A stretch of 64,000 nucleotides of DNA from Acutalibacteraceae bacterium (GTDB lineage: Bacteria; Bacillota; Clostridia; Oscillospirales; Acutalibacteraceae), in contig JAZUJI010000056.1 in the NCBI GenBank assembly GCA_045642685.1, positions 1,696 through 65,695 of the forward strand. The letters are read 5' to 3'. A model generated the notes under the pieces. It was not told where the DNA came from, ran no database searches, and saw only the letters and a list, made by a program, of their open reading frames with translations. How positions within the stretch are numbered: the first letter of the stretch is position 1; each line of letters opens with the position of its first letter. Below are positions 16,999 through 26,442 of the stretch, piece after piece. The translations under genes and the position numbers were made by a program.

Positions 16999-17014
16999 CA
17001 AATCAGCTGATTTG
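16999..17014. promoter_or_regulatory. Perfect 16-bp palindrome CAAATCAGCTGATTTG between the -10 box and the SD of the 47-aa ORF
   Basis: Read directly. There is no loop, so a protein operator is more likely than an RNA hairpin. A related AAATCAGCT occurs at 17065-17073. Confidence 0.5.
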
Positions 17015-17021
17015 CTATTTA

Positions 17022-17050
17022 ATTTTAGCACAACTTCAGACATAATGCAA
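17022..17050 (-). promoter_or_regulatory. Sigma-A-type promoter (TTGCAT-17 nt-TAAAAT) for the 47-aa ORF
   Basis: The reverse complement of 17045-17050 is TTGCAT and of 17022-17027 is TAAAAT, with a 17-nt spacer. Confidence 0.6.
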
Positions 17051-17187
17051 GCTAAACCGATTAAAAATCAGCTAAAACAAAGAATTTTCATACATATACC
17101 CAGGGGGATGGATTCTCGCTATGGGGCAAAAGGGAGAAGAGCGATCCGGGATTCTGCGTGAAAATCAAACAGTGAGCCCGAAAGCTG

Positions 17188-18204
17188 TCAAAGATTCACA
17201 TAAATGTGCTGCGTGGTCATGGAGCCGTCGGAATGAACCGTGAGCGTTGTGCCGCCGCTCATGTCCTCTTCCCAATATCCGCCCGGGCCGGTATGCAGCC
17301 CGTAAGTCAGGCGAATCCCCTGATAGAGGATCGAGGCACTGTTGACATGGTCATGACCGCAGATGATGTTTTTCGTACCCAGTTCTTTGCACAAACCGAA
17401 GAACGGACTGGAGGAAACAGAGAAGCAGACCTGCTCATGGTTCACGCCAAACGAGTCTGCCGCATATTCCCCGACATAGCAGCCCTTTTGTTCGTCGTAT
17501 GCTTCGGCATAGGCAGCGGCAAATTCGGGAACGGGAATATGGAAGAAAGCGGAGCTTTCCACTTTTCTGCCCTCTTTTGCAGCGACACCCTCCAGCACCC
17601 AGCGGTACCACGCCTGCTGACCGGCGTTGATAAACTCGTCGCCGTCGTGGGTATCCAGCATCATCACGGTGTGAATGATTTTTCCGTTTTCGGTGATGTT
17701 AATGGCATAGTTGCCGTAGCCCATGCCTTTCGGACCGAATTGGAAAATGCAGTTTTTCGCTTCATAAAGCTTGTAGGCGCACCAAAATTCGCTGATGCAG
17801 CACGAGCCGTCATGGTTGCCCATGACCGGCGCCCACGGAATCCCGAAGCGGTCAATGTCTTTGATCAGCTTGAGATAAGCACTCGTACACCAGCCGTTGT
17901 CGCCCGTGACGGTGATCAGATCGGGGTTCACCTCTTTGATAAGCTTAAAGATGGTCTGTGTTGCAATGCGGCCCGTTTCGCCCTGCGCATCCCATTTTTC
18001 GATCTGAACATCGGAGAAATTGAGAATAACAAAATCCTTTTCCGGATCTTTTTTCATTTCGATGCAATCATCACAGGAAAAGGTCTGACTAACTGACCAA
18101 TCGTCAAAATAGCTGTCCTCCCCTTTGAACAGCGAAGCCCAGACCGGCGTCAGGATCTGCGGAATGGCGAGAACCAGCACAAGAATTGTTTTAAGATATT
18201 TCAT
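17188..18204 (-). CDS. Secreted calcineurin-like metallophosphoesterase
   Basis: Signal peptide MKYLKTILVLVLAIPQILTPVWA, with GDNGW, GNHD and GHDH metal-binding motifs. Confidence 0.82.
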   Translation of the reverse strand: MKYLKTILVLVLAIPQILTPVWASLFKGEDSYFDDWSVSQTFSCDDCIEMKKDPEKDFVILNFSDVQIEKWDAQGETGRIATQTIFKLIKEVNPDLITVTGDNGWCTSAYLKLIKDIDRFGIPWAPVMGNHDGSCCISEFWCAYKLYEAKNCIFQFGPKGMGYGNYAINITENGKIIHTVMMLDTHDGDEFINAGQQAWYRWVLEGVAAKEGRKVESSAFFHIPVPEFAAAYAEAYDEQKGCYVGEYAADSFGVNHEQVCFSVSSSPFFGLCKELGTKNIICGHDHVNSASILYQGIRLTYGLHTGPGGYWEEDMSGGTTLTVHSDGSMTTQHIYVNL

Positions 18205-18249
18205 AGAATAACCTCTTTCATTCTTTCCGAATTACAAGCGATAATATCA

Positions 18250-18279
18250 ATAACGGGACTGAAAAACAGCCCCGTTATT
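18250..18279 (-). terminator. Intrinsic terminator downstream of the GH38 gene
   Basis: On the minus strand: AATAACGGGGCTG-TTTTT-CAGTCCCGTTATT, followed by a U-rich stretch. Confidence 0.65.
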
Positions 18280-18286
18280 CGTTTTC

Positions 18287-21139
18287 TCAGCCGATGAATT
18301 TCAAGGTAAGAATCTTCTTGCCGGTGATTTCAAAATCAACAAAACCGTCTGCGTTGAGGGCAAGATCTTTTTCGTCCTTTTCTTCCAGCGTGACGAGTTT
18401 GACCTGTGACCACGGCTTGCCGGTGTAGGCGGGCAGCTCAAATTCCGCTTTTTGACGCTCGACCGGTGACTGCGGAGCAGCCGGAGCGATACCGCCGTTG
18501 ACACGAATGGCGTTCTTCACCGCACGGTCGGACGGATTGAACAAACGAATGACCCAGCCTTCACCGTCCTCACTTCTCTTGACAGCGGAGATGTTGAGGT
18601 TTTCGTCTTTCAGCTCAATGAACGAATGAGTCATCGGGGTCTTACCGTGTGCAGTCGGTGCAAGCTGAGCGGCGGTAAGGTAGAGGTTAAACTGTTCGCT
18701 TGCCTGCCACAGGTTTGCTTCCTCCCAGTTGCCTTTATGCGGCATAAAGGCATAACGGAAGGTGTTTTTGCCGATGCACTGAGAGCCTTTGTCCCAATCG
18801 CTGTAATCCTGCATATCCGAGGTGACGCAGATGCGAAGCGGATACGAACGGAGAAGGGTAATATACATTGTTCTGCGCTCGTCGTCGCCTGCCTCAAATG
18901 CCTTGATACCGGTGTTGAGCAGGGCGGCACCGATTTTGCCGTCGGTCAGGTCAACAAATGAATTCATCGGCATTTCGGTCATCGGGATCTCATCGTAAAG
19001 CGAATAATCGGGCTTTTCGATGGGGCGTGCGATTACATCAAACTGGCTCTGTGCCCAGGAGTGATCCGCTTTCAGATCAGTCGGGAACGCAACCTGCAGG
19101 TAGTGATCCTCACAGCGGTTGTTCACGGTCGTTTCCACCTCGACCAGGCGGGAGCCCTTGCGCAGCGTGATAACGGAATCAATGTCGATGGGCAGCTGGT
19201 GCTCACTGCGGGAGCGTTCATCCGCACTGCGCTTTTCGGGCAGCATCCAGCGGTAGGAAACCTTGAACGAGGTTTCAAATTCACCGTGGCGAAGCAGGGT
19301 AACAACGGGTCTTTCACTCAAAGTGGTGAAGGTTTCGTCAAATTCGGGGACAACATGGTTCCACGGGTCGCCAATTTCGCCGCTGTCCTTGAAATAACCC
19401 AGTGAAGTGTATTCTCTGCCGTTTTCCTTGTCGAGAACATCGAAGGTACCGTTGTCGTTGACGGTGACACGAAGGTATTCGTTTTCCATCACACGGGTGG
19501 AACGGAGCATGGTGACGGGTGTGGTCTTGCGGACATTGTGCAGCGGTTCGAGCTTAAAGGTGCGGTAACCCATCGCCGGAATATCCTTGACCTCAAGGGC
19601 GATCAAATACTGCTGTGTGTGCAGCACATTCGCCGTATCGTTCGGGTTCTGGATGATCTGACGGTTGTCCTTGTTGGAGGAAATGATCTGATACTTATAG
19701 GTGTTTCCGTCCTCATCGCTGATACGGAACGAATCCGCTTTCCACTCCTGCGGAATTTCCACACGGAGGTTGACGGTTTCGCTGCGCTTGAAGGGAGCCG
19801 GGTTGAACACGACGATCGCCGCATCATCCCGGGAGAAGGAGGACAAATCAATATCGCCGGCAATATCCATGAACGCACGCTCAAACACGCACTTGGAAAG
19901 CTCGGAGGACTGACGGAAACGGGACATGACATCCTCGTAAACAATGTCTCTGCCGCAGGCACCGATGCTGTCATGCCCATGGTTCTGAAGCAGGTAGTTG
20001 TAGGACAGATCCAGGAAGCCCTGCGGATAAGCCGCGCCCTCAAACGAAGCAAACACGGCAAACGGCTCGGCGTAATTGATCAGGCGGCGTTCGGTGTCGA
20101 AGTTGGTCTGCTTGATGTAAGTGCGTGCGGAAAGGATCCAGCCGCACATGGAGCTGACCGAACCCTTGGTGTAGGGGCAGCGCATTTCGCCCTTGAGCAC
20201 GGGGGAATCGGGCTTGAAGCAGTCGATAACGCCCTGCTCCATTTCTTTCAAAGTGGAATGGAACACGCAGGCATTCGGCAAAGCAGCGTCCAGATCCTCG
20301 ATCAGCTGAACCTCACGGGCATCGGGGCAGGAGGAATCGTGACCGTCGCTCCAGAAGCGGTGCGGTGTCGTCCAGTCGTTATCCTGCTCACGGATCGCCT
20401 GCTCGGCACGGTCTTTGATGTTCTCTTTGTGGTACTCATAGAACGGATGGGTATACTGATAATCCAGCTTCCAGTCCCGGTCGATCAGCTTGAACACACC
20501 GTTGTTGTCGTTCCAGACCATGTCACGGTTGTTCTCGTTTTGCTGATTGTAGTAAACGGGGCGCTGAACCACATACCAGACATTGTAACGGGGACGCTTG
20601 CCCAGACGGGAAGCATAAATGCGGGTGCCGTCGGGGCTTTCCCAGTAAAACTCGGATTTCGGCGCAACATATTCGTTGATGCCGCGGTAGAATGAAGCAA
20701 AATGAATGTCAAAGCCGGCATAAATCTGGGGCAGCTGAGAGATCTGACCCCAGCCGAACGGAGAATAACCGGTCTTGCTCACGCCGCCCATTTCACGGGC
20801 GATCTTATGACCGAGGAGGAGGTTGCGGATAAGAGCCTCGCTGCCGACGGTGTATTCATCCGGCAAAGCAAACCAGGGACCGATACCGATGCGGCCCTCG
20901 GAAACATATTTTTTGAACTTTTCTTTCTTTTCGGGATACACTTCCAGATAGTCCTGCACGGGCATCGTCTGAGAATCCAGATGGAAATGACGGTAACTCG
21001 GGAATTTATCCAGAATATCCATGAGCATATCCAGCATATAGCCCAGCATATACTGCGTGCGGCGTGCGGAAAAACGCCATTCACGATCCCAATGGGTGTT
21101 GGATATAAAGTGACATTGAATCTGATCTTTTTCGTCCAT
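18287..21139 (-). CDS. Glycoside hydrolase family 38 alpha-mannosidase (mannosylglycerate-hydrolase-like), cytoplasmic
   Basis: The N-terminal HFISNTHWDREW motif, ~950 aa, and no signal peptide. Confidence 0.85.
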   Translation of the reverse strand: MDEKDQIQCHFISNTHWDREWRFSARRTQYMLGYMLDMLMDILDKFPSYRHFHLDSQTMPVQDYLEVYPEKKEKFKKYVSEGRIGIGPWFALPDEYTVGSEALIRNLLLGHKIAREMGGVSKTGYSPFGWGQISQLPQIYAGFDIHFASFYRGINEYVAPKSEFYWESPDGTRIYASRLGKRPRYNVWYVVQRPVYYNQQNENNRDMVWNDNNGVFKLIDRDWKLDYQYTHPFYEYHKENIKDRAEQAIREQDNDWTTPHRFWSDGHDSSCPDAREVQLIEDLDAALPNACVFHSTLKEMEQGVIDCFKPDSPVLKGEMRCPYTKGSVSSMCGWILSARTYIKQTNFDTERRLINYAEPFAVFASFEGAAYPQGFLDLSYNYLLQNHGHDSIGACGRDIVYEDVMSRFRQSSELSKCVFERAFMDIAGDIDLSSFSRDDAAIVVFNPAPFKRSETVNLRVEIPQEWKADSFRISDEDGNTYKYQIISSNKDNRQIIQNPNDTANVLHTQQYLIALEVKDIPAMGYRTFKLEPLHNVRKTTPVTMLRSTRVMENEYLRVTVNDNGTFDVLDKENGREYTSLGYFKDSGEIGDPWNHVVPEFDETFTTLSERPVVTLLRHGEFETSFKVSYRWMLPEKRSADERSRSEHQLPIDIDSVITLRKGSRLVEVETTVNNRCEDHYLQVAFPTDLKADHSWAQSQFDVIARPIEKPDYSLYDEIPMTEMPMNSFVDLTDGKIGAALLNTGIKAFEAGDDERRTMYITLLRSYPLRICVTSDMQDYSDWDKGSQCIGKNTFRYAFMPHKGNWEEANLWQASEQFNLYLTAAQLAPTAHGKTPMTHSFIELKDENLNISAVKRSEDGEGWVIRLFNPSDRAVKNAIRVNGGIAPAAPQSPVERQKAEFELPAYTGKPWSQVKLVTLEEKDEKDLALNADGFVDFEITGKKILTLKFIG

Positions 21140-21151
21140 GTTCGTTCTCCT

Positions 21152-22147
21152 TTAACCTTTAATGATTTTCATGATTTCTTCAAAACTGTCGCAGAAATGG
21201 GTGCAAACCGCCTTGGTGCCGCTGGATTCGATGTTGCCGCCTGCGATGCCGACGGTGGCATAGCCCGCCAGACGCACCGAACAGACACCGGCGCCGCTGT
21301 CCTCAATGCCGATCACACGGCTGCGCTCGGCAAACGCCTGACCCAGCCCGACGACCGAGGTTTCGGAATAGAGCCACGGGTGCGGTTTGGGCGAAAGCTC
21401 GCCGAGGGTGCCGACGCTGCCCTTACGCAGCGGGAAACCGGCGGAAATAATGGCATCGTAAAAATCCTTCGGGTCACCCATGCCGAGAGTGCGGAAAGCG
21501 GAAAGGATCTCCGGCCATGCTTTTTCGTAAAGCCCGGAGGTCACCAGACCGATTTTGATGCCCATGCTCTTCAGCTCAAGCAGAAAATCCTTGACACCGG
21601 CATTCGGCGTAAAAGCACCGTCCTTGCCGCGGCCTGCCATGATCTCCTCCATTTCACGGTGTGTATGTTCAAAATAGAAATCACGGGCTTTTTCAAGGGA
21701 TTCACCGGGGCAGTATTTGTCGATGCAGTATTGCAGGTGTTCGGAAACGCTGTGACCCGAAACAAACGGCAGGTCGGCTTCCTCCAGTTCAAATTTCGGG
21801 TTGCCGAGCATACTGGCGGTGCTCATCTGGATGATCCAGATCCAGAAATCCTCGCTGCGCACGGTGGTGCCGTCCAGATCCATCAGCACGGCACTGAGCG
21901 GATATTCGACTTTTACGGGTGAAACCGGGTAATAAACGGGGTAGGCGATCGCCGATTTGACGCACGCCAGCGTGTGTGTGCCGAACGAAACAAATTCCAC
22001 TTTATTGTCGCCGGTGGCAACAACAAATTCAATGCCGTTCTTTCCGGCAACAAATTTACCGTCCTCCGTTGCGTTAAGCAGGTGGAAGCCGCTGTCGGCA
22101 CCGACGGGGCCGAGATCCGGGATAAGCAGGGTCTTGTCAAGAAGCAT
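21152..22147 (-). CDS. HAD-superfamily hydrolase (beta-phosphoglucomutase-like subfamily IA) with an ~90-aa unknown N-terminal domain
   Basis: Motif I LMDLDGTTV, motif II VTSG, motif IV IEDSGAGV. It lies 12 nt upstream of the GH38 gene and is probably co-transcribed with it. Confidence 0.78.
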   Translation of the reverse strand: MLLDKTLLIPDLGPVGADSGFHLLNATEDGKFVAGKNGIEFVVATGDNKVEFVSFGTHTLACVKSAIAYPVYYPVSPVKVEYPLSAVLMDLDGTTVRSEDFWIWIIQMSTASMLGNPKFELEEADLPFVSGHSVSEHLQYCIDKYCPGESLEKARDFYFEHTHREMEEIMAGRGKDGAFTPNAGVKDFLLELKSMGIKIGLVTSGLYEKAWPEILSAFRTLGMGDPKDFYDAIISAGFPLRKGSVGTLGELSPKPHPWLYSETSVVGLGQAFAERSRVIGIEDSGAGVCSVRLAGYATVGIAGGNIESSGTKAVCTHFCDSFEEIMKIIKG

Positions 22148-22337
22148 AGTGTGAGATTCCTTTCCAAAAGAGTATTCGCTTTATCGTACCACATTTTTGC
22201 GCGTAAGTAAACGAAAAAAAGCAAATTCTTTTATCTTTTGCGGAAAGCGGCACGGCAAATTGCTTACGGTCCGGATACAGTAAAACCGAAAATTCCGCAA
22301 GGTGAAAAAGCGCAGCACCGGCAGAGCGTTTCTCTGC

Positions 22338-22366
22338 TTGACAACAGGCGGGAAAAACTATATACT
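22338..22366 (+). promoter_or_regulatory. Sigma-A-type promoter (TTGACA-17 nt-TATACT) upstream of the S8 protease gene
   Basis: Read directly, about 38 nt upstream of the start codon. Confidence 0.6.
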
Positions 22367-22403
22367 GAAACTGTATAACTGTACATAGGAAGGTGACCTG
22401 AGC

Positions 22404-25400
22404 ATGAAAAAAGTAACCAGACGAACGGCGTCTCTTCTGCTCACGATGATTTTCTGCATTTTGTTTTGCTTTTCGTCGTTTGCCGCAACGACGAACGAAT
22501 ACGGTCTCGGGCTTTCCACCGAGCTGAATAAAACCAACTACACCGTCACGCTCTGCAACCGGAACAGCTTTGCAGTCGGCGGTGTTGAGGTGAAGTGCGA
22601 TTTACCCGGGGATCTGCGCACTTCCGGCAAGGTCAACGCTTCTGCCGAAAGCTTTACGGCAGGGCAGAGCCTTACGCTGAAAATGCCGTTGACCGAAGCA
22701 AAAGCGTTCATTGGGCAAAACGGTTCAGGCATCCGGGTGAAAACAGCTGCCTTCGGCGGCGGTGCAGCTGTGCTTGCCGTGTGTGCCGTCGTGTTTACGG
22801 CTGTTCTGCTTCGCCGCAAAAAAGCATCGAAAGCCGTTGCACTTGTGCTGGCGGTTTTTATGCTTCTGCCCTGTTTCAATCTGCTGAAGGTCAACGCATG
22901 GGGTACGGATGAGGTACATACCTTCACCATGCAGGATACCGTAACGCTTGACGGAAAAGAGTATCCGGTTTCGGTTACGGTTCGCTATCTGGCATCCACC
23001 GCAAGAAAAAATTATTTTGAAACGACCGTGACGCCCGATGCCGCAGACGGCTCGACCGTGACCGAATACAAAACCTCTGTCAGCGGTGAAACCGTTGCCG
23101 CCCAAAGGGTCGAAAAAGTGACCTATGAGGTGAGCAGTGCCATTGACAATTATGAACCCGGGGGATCCGGCGAAGCGGTACTCGACGGCTGCAGCTGGTC
23201 GGTCGATCGACTTGATTTGAAGCCGGGTGATAACAAAATCACCGTAACCTCCACTTTGTCGGACGGACAGACGAAAACCGATTCCTATCACCTGACTTAC
23301 GACAAGGGAACCGTTTACCAATGCAAAGAAAACGAGCTGAAGGAGGAGGGAGAATGCCGCTATGTCAACGGCATGATCAATCTTTTCTTCCGTGACGGTG
23401 TGTCCGTTGAACGGGCAGATGAAATCATTCGCTCCCTGGGCGGCGTACGCATCGGTGAACTGTATGCGTCCGATTTGTTCCAGGCTCGTGTGGACGCTGA
23501 TTCGCTGGAGGAGCTGCAGGATTATTGCCGCCGCTACGAGCAGTTTGAGGAAGTGCGCCTGGCGATGATCGAGCGTGCGATCGATTTGGAGACCCAATCC
23601 GTAGTGCCGAACGATAAATGGCTGATGTCGAAGCCATCCTGGGACGAGAATTATCCGCAGAGCTACAACTGGTCGGTGACGGCGGTGCGTGCGCCGAGCG
23701 CATGGGAATATGAGAGCTATATGGGTCATGTGAATCTCGGTATGGTGGATTCCAGCATCTATACCGCTCACGAAGATTTTAAGAGCGGCTTTATCCGTTT
23801 TGCAGCGAGTGAGTATGAAGATTATGCTGCGGATAATGTAAATCAGGAAAAGGGTCAGCACGGCACCCATGTTGCCGGTACGATGGGCGCAGCAGCAAAC
23901 AATAACAAGGGTATCACCGGGCTGCTGTGGGATACCAATGTTTATGCGGCGAATTTCAATAAGGGCGGAACGATCGACTATGTAGTCGGTGCGGTCGTAG
24001 ATGAGATCCTGGCCGGTGCCAAAGCGGTGAACCTTTCGCTCGGTCTGACTAACAACTACAGCCCCGGCAGTCACAAAAACCCGTATCTGAATCTGTATTC
24101 GTCTGCTACGCTGGATTGGTATGCCGAATATTGTGTTGCCATGCTCAGCGGCGTTATAAACGACGGCAAAGAATTTGTTGTGGTGCAGTCTGCCGGCAAC
24201 GGTGTGCAGGATATCCGCCTGGGCTGCAATGATACATCGGCAACGCAGGACGGAGCATGGTTCCGCAGCGTGGATGCTTACCAAAACGGTCTGTTCTGCT
24301 CTGTTCAGAAAAAAGCCTATCGGTGCGGCGGCTCGGAGAACGGCGTAACGGCGGAGGAATCCACAGCCCTTTACGACCGTGTTCTGGTTGTCGGTGCGGC
24401 AGAGAATATTTCCTCTGCAGAGGAACCGAAATTCAAAATGTGGTATCGCAGCAGCGGCGGCAGCCGGGTGGATATCTATGCTCCCGGTGTTACAACGGTC
24501 AGCACCTGCGTTTCGGAAACTTCTCCGGGCACGCTCCAAAGCACTTATGCCGCAATGAGCGGCACATCGCAGGCGGCACCGATCGTTACGGCTGTGGCAG
24601 GTGCCTGCTTTGCCATTAACCCGAATTTGACCGGCGCACAGGTGAAAAAAATCATCTGCAGCCCAACAAACAGCACGCATATCGTTGTGGACAACACGGA
24701 TCTGTTCAAAGGCACTCCGATGGATGTTAATGCGGAGCTGATGTATCACCCGTTTGAAGGCAACGGTCAGCTGATCGATATGGAGCTTTGCGTGAAGGAA
24801 GCTTTGCGCACGGTGTCGACCCGGGCAAACTATTCCGAATTGAACACCTATGTCGGCGTGGCGAACGGTTTGGTGCCGACCGATTACACCAATTTTGATA
24901 CGGTTCAGTCGATTTTAGACAGCATCAATTATAACCTCTATTCATTTGAACAGGATGAGGTCGACGCAAAAGCGCAGGCTCTGATCACTGCCATTTATGA
25001 GCTGGATCCGATTTATGCCGATTACACAAAGGTGGATGAAGCCATTGCGGCGGCAAACAAGCTGGATCCCGCCGATTATGTCAGCTTTGACAGTGTGACC
25101 AAGGCAGTCAATGCCGTAAAGAGAAAGAAGCTGAAAAGCCAGCAGGCGCAGGTGGATGCTATGGCCAAGGCAATTAACGATGCAATCGGAAGTCTTGTTG
25201 TTTATGTGCCCGAGCTGCCCAAGCCCGAAACATTGGACAGCAGCATTGTCGTAGACAGCACCGAGCAGGTGATTGTGCTGACGCAGGAAAATATGCAGAT
25301 CCTTTCGGATGCGCTGACGGCAACGCAGGGCTACACCGTAACACAGCAGCCAAACGAAAACGGCAACTGTTCCACCGGGTCGTATATTGTGCTAAAAAAG

Positions 25401-25652
25401 TCCGGATGTGAGGATGTCGCTTATCAGGTAGCTGTTCTCGGCGATATCGACGGCGATGCAAGATCGGACGGCTTTGATGCTTATCTGGCAGGCTTGTACG
25501 CCGCTCAAGTGCTTCCGGCACCGCAGGGTGTGTGGTTTACCGCCGGTGATGTTGATTCGGACGGAGCCATTACGGCGCAGGATTGCGAACAGCTCAGACG
25601 CTGTGCTTTGTATGAGGATATTTTGGTCAACAGTTACGAACCGAAAGAATAG
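22404..25652 (+). CDS. Large S8 (subtilisin) family serine peptidase with two FIVAR-like repeats and a C-terminal type-I dockerin
   Basis: Catalytic triad context: MVDSSIY (Asp), HGTHVAGT (His), SGTSQAAP (Ser). FIVAR-like helical repeats are at about residues 800-920. The dockerin duplicate is GDIDGDARSDGFDAYL / GDVDSDGAITAQDCEQL. It has an N-terminal signal peptide plus an unusual internal TM pair. Confidence 0.88.
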   Translation: MKKVTRRTASLLLTMIFCILFCFSSFAATTNEYGLGLSTELNKTNYTVTLCNRNSFAVGGVEVKCDLPGDLRTSGKVNASAESFTAGQSLTLKMPLTEAKAFIGQNGSGIRVKTAAFGGGAAVLAVCAVVFTAVLLRRKKASKAVALVLAVFMLLPCFNLLKVNAWGTDEVHTFTMQDTVTLDGKEYPVSVTVRYLASTARKNYFETTVTPDAADGSTVTEYKTSVSGETVAAQRVEKVTYEVSSAIDNYEPGGSGEAVLDGCSWSVDRLDLKPGDNKITVTSTLSDGQTKTDSYHLTYDKGTVYQCKENELKEEGECRYVNGMINLFFRDGVSVERADEIIRSLGGVRIGELYASDLFQARVDADSLEELQDYCRRYEQFEEVRLAMIERAIDLETQSVVPNDKWLMSKPSWDENYPQSYNWSVTAVRAPSAWEYESYMGHVNLGMVDSSIYTAHEDFKSGFIRFAASEYEDYAADNVNQEKGQHGTHVAGTMGAAANNNKGITGLLWDTNVYAANFNKGGTIDYVVGAVVDEILAGAKAVNLSLGLTNNYSPGSHKNPYLNLYSSATLDWYAEYCVAMLSGVINDGKEFVVVQSAGNGVQDIRLGCNDTSATQDGAWFRSVDAYQNGLFCSVQKKAYRCGGSENGVTAEESTALYDRVLVVGAAENISSAEEPKFKMWYRSSGGSRVDIYAPGVTTVSTCVSETSPGTLQSTYAAMSGTSQAAPIVTAVAGACFAINPNLTGAQVKKIICSPTNSTHIVVDNTDLFKGTPMDVNAELMYHPFEGNGQLIDMELCVKEALRTVSTRANYSELNTYVGVANGLVPTDYTNFDTVQSILDSINYNLYSFEQDEVDAKAQALITAIYELDPIYADYTKVDEAIAAANKLDPADYVSFDSVTKAVNAVKRKKLKSQQAQVDAMAKAINDAIGSLVVYVPELPKPETLDSSIVVDSTEQVIVLTQENMQILSDALTATQGYTVTQQPNENGNCSTGSYIVLKKSGCEDVAYQVAVLGDIDGDARSDGFDAYLAGLYAAQVLPAPQGVWFTAGDVDSDGAITAQDCEQLRRCALYEDILVNSYEPKE

Positions 25653-25661
25653 GGAAGCGGC

Positions 25662-26438
25662 ATGAATATCAATATTTTGGCGGTTGGCGATGTGACCGGC
25701 GCACAGGGCTGTGAATATCTGCGCCGCCGTCTGCCAACGATAAAACGGTTGAAGTCGGTTGATTTGTGCATTGTCAACGGTGAAAACTCTGCGGTCGGCA
25801 ACGGAATCACGCCGATGAGCACCGAGGAGCTTTTTGCCGCAGGAGCCGATATTATCACTACGGGGAATCATGTGTTCCGCCGCCGGGAGATATATGACTA
25901 TCTGGATAATTCCCGGAGCGTGGTGCGCCCGGCGAATGTGTACGGCGGCAACCCCGGCAAAGGCTGTGCGATAGCCGATCTGGGGAGCGTGCGTGTCGGT
26001 GTGTTCAATCTGCTCGGCAGCGCTTATATGGAGGGCGGAAATCCCTTTGTTGCGGCGGATGAAATGCTTCGTGAGCTGAAGGACTGCCGTATCGTGCTGT
26101 GTGATTTTCACGCCGAGGCAACCGGCGAAAAAAGAGCACTCGGCTTTTATCTGGACGGCAGGGTCAGCGCCGTTTTCGGCACGCACACCCATGTGCAGAC
26201 TGCCGATGAACAGATTCTGCCCAACGGGACCGGCTACATTACCGATGTCGGTATGACAGGCCCTGTGCAGTCTGTTTTGGGCGTAAAGCCCCAAACCATT
26301 ATCAATAAGCTGAAAACCGGTATGCCCGAACGCTTTGACATTGCCGACGGGGAATGTATGCTCAATGCCTGCCTGTTTACCGTTGACCGTTCCGGCGGAA
26401 AAACGGTTGAGGTGGAACGAATCAATCTTCGAGGATAA
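25662..26438 (+). CDS. ymdB: YmdB-family metallophosphoesterase (2',3'-cyclic-nucleotide 2'-phosphodiesterase)
   Basis: ILAVGDVTG start, NGENSA, TTGNH and DFHAEATSEK-like motifs; ~258 aa. Confidence 0.88.
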   Translation: MNINILAVGDVTGAQGCEYLRRRLPTIKRLKSVDLCIVNGENSAVGNGITPMSTEELFAAGADIITTGNHVFRRREIYDYLDNSRSVVRPANVYGGNPGKGCAIADLGSVRVGVFNLLGSAYMEGGNPFVAADEMLRELKDCRIVLCDFHAEATGEKRALGFYLDGRVSAVFGTHTHVQTADEQILPNGTGYITDVGMTGPVQSVLGVKPQTIINKLKTGMPERFDIADGECMLNACLFTVDRSGGKTVEVERINLRG

Positions 26439-26442
26439 ACGA

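Noticed and set aside
22725-24749. A 674-aa minus-strand ORF antisense to the S8 protease gene
   Set aside because: It has no motifs and an R/H/C-rich composition, whereas the plus-strand frame carries the complete Asp/His/Ser subtilisin triad.
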